Shown here piece by piece: positions 58,730-64,000 of a stretch of DNA of 64,000 bases. Within the stretch, counting starts at the first letter, position 1; every line of letters starts with the position of its first letter. Below the pieces are notes generated by a model. That model did not search any database and was not told where the DNA came from. It saw nothing but the letters and a program-made list of their open reading frames with translations. A program made the position numbers and the translations under genes. This DNA is from Gammaproteobacteria bacterium. GTDB taxonomy: Bacteria; Pseudomonadota; Gammaproteobacteria; Eutrophobiales; Eutrophobiaceae. The stretch is from assembly GCA_965221695.1 (NCBI GenBank), contig OZ244905.1:832001-896000 (forward strand), given 5' to 3'.

Positions 58730-59251
58730 ATGATCTGGTTAGACAAACTGACGGAAAATTTATCGAGAAACGTGGCCAAGACATCTTCCCGTCGGGGTTT
58801 TCTAGGTGGGCTGGGCGGAGTACTTGCGGGCGGTTCAATCATGCCTGTGTTGCCGGTTGCCCGCGCCGCGGAGACGGAACAACCGGGACCGCCCGAGGTT
58901 GACCCGGGAGACCCGGCGACCTGCGAATACTGGCGCAACTGCGCGATAGACGGCTACCTGTGCTCCTGCTGTGGCGGAACCATCAACAGTTGCCCGCCAG
59001 GGACGCAGATGTCGTCCATCACCTGGATCGGCACCTGCAGAAACCCCGGAGACGGCAAGGACTACATCATCTCCTACAACGACTGCTGCGGCAAAACATC
59101 CTGCGGCAACTGCTTCTGTAACCGGAATGAAGGAGACAGACCCACCTACCGGCCTCATACCTCCAATGACTATAACTGGTGTCTCGGCACGGAGAGCACT
59201 GCTTATCACTGCACCGTCAACCTCATCCTGGGTGTGGCTATTAAGCAATAA
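58730..59251 (+). CDS. mauA: TTQ amine dehydrogenase small subunit, MauA/AauA-like
   Basis: Tat signal SRRGFL, CEYWRNCAIDG..C..CGG..CPPG, TTQ Trp candidates in ITWIGTC and NDYNWC, YNDCCGK. Confidence 0.9.
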   Translation: MIWLDKLTENLSRNVAKTSSRRGFLGGLGGVLAGGSIMPVLPVARAAETEQPGPPEVDPGDPATCEYWRNCAIDGYLCSCCGGTINSCPPGTQMSSITWIGTCRNPGDGKDYIISYNDCCGKTSCGNCFCNRNEGDRPTYRPHTSNDYNWCLGTESTAYHCTVNLILGVAIKQ

Positions 59252-59739
59252 TGGCGCCACGGCAACTGTTAGCTGACTGGTTTCCGTGTCCCGGACGCCG
59301 GCCGATTGAATTCGTGCGGACTGGCACGCTTCTGCTATTGCTAAGTGTCAGCGTCACTGCCAACGCCAATGATGTCCTTGCGCGCCAGAACTACATTCTG
59401 AACTGCCAGGGCTGCCACCTGCCGGACGGTTCAGGTTCGCCAGGCAATGTGCCGAAGATGAATGACTTTGTCGGTTATTTCCTGCACGTACCCGGCGGCA
59501 GGGAATTTATCACCCAGGTGCCAGGCGTGGCCGGCGCGCCCATCTCCGACCAGGAGCTGGCAGACGTGATGAACTGGATTCTACTGAACTTCAGCAAAAA
59601 CCAACTCCCCGATCCGTTTGTGCCCTACAACGCCGAGGAAATCGGCCAACTGCGCAAGCAACCACTAATCGACATGCACCAACGCCGCGAAGAACTGATT
59701 GCCCGCATCAAAGACAAGCTGGGTGTAACGGAGTATTAA
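59251..59739 (+). CDS. Monoheme c-type cytochrome
   Basis: NCQGCH heme motif; TAATG overlap with mauA. Confidence 0.85.
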   Translation: MAPRQLLADWFPCPGRRPIEFVRTGTLLLLLSVSVTANANDVLARQNYILNCQGCHLPDGSGSPGNVPKMNDFVGYFLHVPGGREFITQVPGVAGAPISDQELADVMNWILLNFSKNQLPDPFVPYNAEEIGQLRKQPLIDMHQRREELIARIKDKLGVTEY

Positions 59740-59828
59740 CCCCGCTTTGTCAAAATTTGACCAGACGTTTACAGTTTCTGGATGACTGTATCAGGCAGCA
59801 GGAATTTGGCCTGCGGGACAGGATTGAA

Positions 59829-60212
59829 TCAACCAGCGTTGGTCCTGGTATATATGCAAAGCTTGTTACCCTCCATGTCGCGGAAATAGCCCCCGTAGAA
59901 ACCGCCGTCACCGCGTGGCCCGGGAGCGCCCTCATCCTGGCTGCCCATGTCAAGCGCCTTTCTATGAAGGGTATGGACCTTGTCGGTGGAATCCACGAAA
60001 AATGCCACCATCACACCGTTGCCCATGGTGGCAGGCTTTCCGTCAAAGGGCCTGATAGCAGCGAATAGTGGTTCAGATTTTGATCTACCCCAAGCTATGT
60101 GTTTGTCCTCCTCTTCCATCAAGCGGGCAGCGCCCAGTTCGCCAAATAATTGATCATAGAATGCACCGGCCTTTTTCAGGTCGTTTGTTCCCAAAGTAAC
60201 ATAACCAATCAT
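59829..60212 (-). CDS. VOC/glyoxalase family protein
   Basis: IGYVTLGTNDL, GNGVMVA, DEGAPGPR, FYGGYFRD.EGNK. Confidence 0.88.
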   Translation of the reverse strand: MIGYVTLGTNDLKKAGAFYDQLFGELGAARLMEEEDKHIAWGRSKSEPLFAAIRPFDGKPATMGNGVMVAFFVDSTDKVHTLHRKALDMGSQDEGAPGPRGDGGFYGGYFRDMEGNKLCIYTRTNAG

Positions 60213-60433
60213 TTTTTTTCTCCAGATGTTAAATTTGTATGTAACCAATCGCATCCTACTTGCTAATTCTACCTGAATTTGCAGGCACGGAGCACAGTAC
60301 GCAGCGTTTGCGCCTCCTGATGTCGCAGACTGTGACTATTACATTAGAATTCCTATATAGGAAAGTTGCTATAAATGCCTATAAATCACAGGAGACCGAA
60401 TATATCCTGTATATCGCGATGTGACTGCGGCGC

Positions 60434-61735
60434 TTACAGGTTACGCTTATCAATCACCCGTTTGGCTTTGCCTTCCGAGCGCGCGACGCCGCCTTCTGTG
60501 TGCACGTTGACTTGTGCCGAGATGCCTATCAAGTCCTTGATATGTTTTTGCAGCGCCTTGGCGGCCGGCTGTTTTGCAGACTCGGCGGCATCGGGGGATA
60601 GCTCCACGTTAATCGTCACTTCATCAAGGTTGCCGCTGCGGGTGATCTCGATCTGGTAGTGGGGCGCCAGGTCGGGGACCTTGAGTATCTGCTCTTCCAC
60701 TTGAGTGGGAAACATGTTCACCCCGCGGATGATCAGCATGTCGTCACTGCGGCCGGTGATTTTGTCCATGCGGCGCATGGTGCGGGCCGTGCCCGGTAAC
60801 AGCCTCGTCAGGTCCCGGGTGCGGTAGCGCACCACGGGCAGGGCTTCCTTGGTGAGGCTGGTGAACACCAGTTCTCCTTCTTCCCCGTCCGGCAATACCT
60901 CTCCCGTTTGCGGATCGATGATTTCCGGGTAGAAGTGGTCTTCCCAGATGGTAGGACCGTCCTTCGTCTCCACGCATTCCTGGGCAACGCCGGGTCCCAT
61001 GACCTCGGACAGGCCGTAGATATCCACCGCGTCGATATCCAGCCGTTGTTCCAGGTTGGCGCGCATGGAACCAGTCCAGGGTTCGGCGCCGAATATGCCC
61101 ACCCGCAGCCTGAGTTTGCGACAATCGACGCCTTGCCGCTCCAGTTCATCGGCAATACTGAGCATGTATGACGGTGTCACCATGATGATATCGGGATCGA
61201 AGTCCTGGATGAGCTGCGCCTGTTTCTCCGTTTGCCCGCCGGACATGGGGATCACGGTGCAACCCATCATCTCACCCCCGTAGTGGGCGCCCAGGCCGCC
61301 GGTGAACAGGCCATAGCCGTAGGCCACGTGTATCTTGTCTTTATGATTGCCACCGGCCGCCCGTATAGAGCGGGCTACGACACGGCTCCAAACCTCGATA
61401 TCATTGCGGGTATAGCCTACTACCACCGGTTTGCCGGTGGTGCCGCTGGATGCGTGTATGCGCACTACATCGTCCATAGGCACCGCGAACATACCAAACG
61501 GGTAGTTGTCGCGCATGTCTTGCTTGTCCGTAAACGGAAATTTGGACAGGTCGCTGAGTTGCTTCAGGTCCGAGGGATGAACGCCGGCAGTATCAAACTT
61601 CTTGCGGTAGCTCGCTACGTTGGCGTAGGCATGTTCCATGCTCCATTTCAGCCGCTGCAGTTGCAGGCTGCGCAACTCATCAATGCCGGCTTTTTCAATG
61701 GGCTCCAAGGTGTCAAAAGTCCCCTGCTCTGTCAT
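60434..61735 (-). CDS. paaK: Phenylacetate-CoA ligase
   Basis: HASSGTTGKP, YGYGLFTGGLG, DIYGLSE, WEDHFYPEI, GRSDDMLIIRGVN. Confidence 0.95.
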   Translation of the reverse strand: MTEQGTFDTLEPIEKAGIDELRSLQLQRLKWSMEHAYANVASYRKKFDTAGVHPSDLKQLSDLSKFPFTDKQDMRDNYPFGMFAVPMDDVVRIHASSGTTGKPVVVGYTRNDIEVWSRVVARSIRAAGGNHKDKIHVAYGYGLFTGGLGAHYGGEMMGCTVIPMSGGQTEKQAQLIQDFDPDIIMVTPSYMLSIADELERQGVDCRKLRLRVGIFGAEPWTGSMRANLEQRLDIDAVDIYGLSEVMGPGVAQECVETKDGPTIWEDHFYPEIIDPQTGEVLPDGEEGELVFTSLTKEALPVVRYRTRDLTRLLPGTARTMRRMDKITGRSDDMLIIRGVNMFPTQVEEQILKVPDLAPHYQIEITRSGNLDEVTINVELSPDAAESAKQPAAKALQKHIKDLIGISAQVNVHTEGGVARSEGKAKRVIDKRNL

Positions 61736-61764
61736 ACTGTGCACCTTCAATAGCGGTTATAAAC

Positions 61765-61803
61765 TATTACAGAAATTTCTGATATCATCAGATTTCCGTA
61801 TCA
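61765..61803. promoter_or_regulatory. Putative PaaX operator in the paaK/paaZ divergent region
   Basis: TATTAC-N27-GTATCA; right half and spacing match the paaA site. Confidence 0.6.
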
Positions 61804-61849
61804 TATCTTAAAAGATATTCAACGGAAACCGGTATTTGAAAGAGTACTA

Positions 61850-62112
61850 GTACTCTTTCAACTTAATTTTGACATGTTCAGCGGGTCGGGAAGCGGTTGA
61901 GCGCAAGGCGCACCGCGCAGCGAATGGCGCGCCCTTCGCAAGCGGCGCAACGACGCGGGCGACCGCTTCCCGGCCCGCCCATAGGGAGCCACACAGCGAC
62001 GCCAATACGGCGTTGCAGCCCTTGGCAAGGACTCGCCATTCCCGGCGGGCTGCGCCTTGTCTTGGCGTCGCTGTGTGGCTCTGAACATGTCAAAATTAAG
62101 TTGAAAGAGTAC
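61850..62112. mobile_element. 263-bp MITE with perfect 32-bp terminal inverted repeats
   Basis: gtactctttcaacttaattttgacatgttcag (61850-61881) and its exact reverse complement (62081-62112). Confidence 0.85.
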
Positions 62113-62161
62113 CAGGGTCTAATCGGGGATTCCCGTAACCTTACAGCGGATAGATCGTGCT

Positions 62162-64000
<1,839 letters not shown>

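Noticed and set aside
60350-60363. 14-bp palindrome ttcctatataggaa
   Set aside because: Single copy with no associated recombinase or regulator; could be chance

Overview
A ~58% GC (visual estimate) bacterial chromosome segment. Gene content points to a marine, possibly sponge- or invertebrate-associated gammaproteobacterium; this is inference from the giant Fn3/Calx-like autotransporter, two Fic genes, a DUF1640-like gene and a catabolic dehalogenase. Left part (1-18.6 kb): amino-acid and pterin enzymes, a queuosine-precursor transporter, dinB, and squalene-hopene cyclase with a coupled ~300 aa gene resembling tetrahymanol synthase. It also holds an unannotated, promoter-preceded, ~170-nt rod-shaped RNA candidate with a 6S-like motif. 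Middle (18.6-31.3 kb): an accessory block with a 3411-aa adhesin whose probable true start is out of frame across a C12 tract (candidate phase variation). Right part (31-64 kb): a phenylacetate catabolon split into paaABCDE-paaX and paaK/paaZ, each with a PaaX-type operator. Between the halves lie a cobalamin-dependent reductive dehalogenase, ActP/DUF485, a nitrilase-family enzyme, amidase, TRAP transporter, deacetylase and a TTQ amine dehydrogenase without local mauDE/mauG. Intergenic DNA carries several palindromic REP/MITE families, an IS1380 remnant and a TAG-interrupted gene. No rRNA, tRNA or CRISPR array was seen. All product calls come from motif recognition, not database searches.
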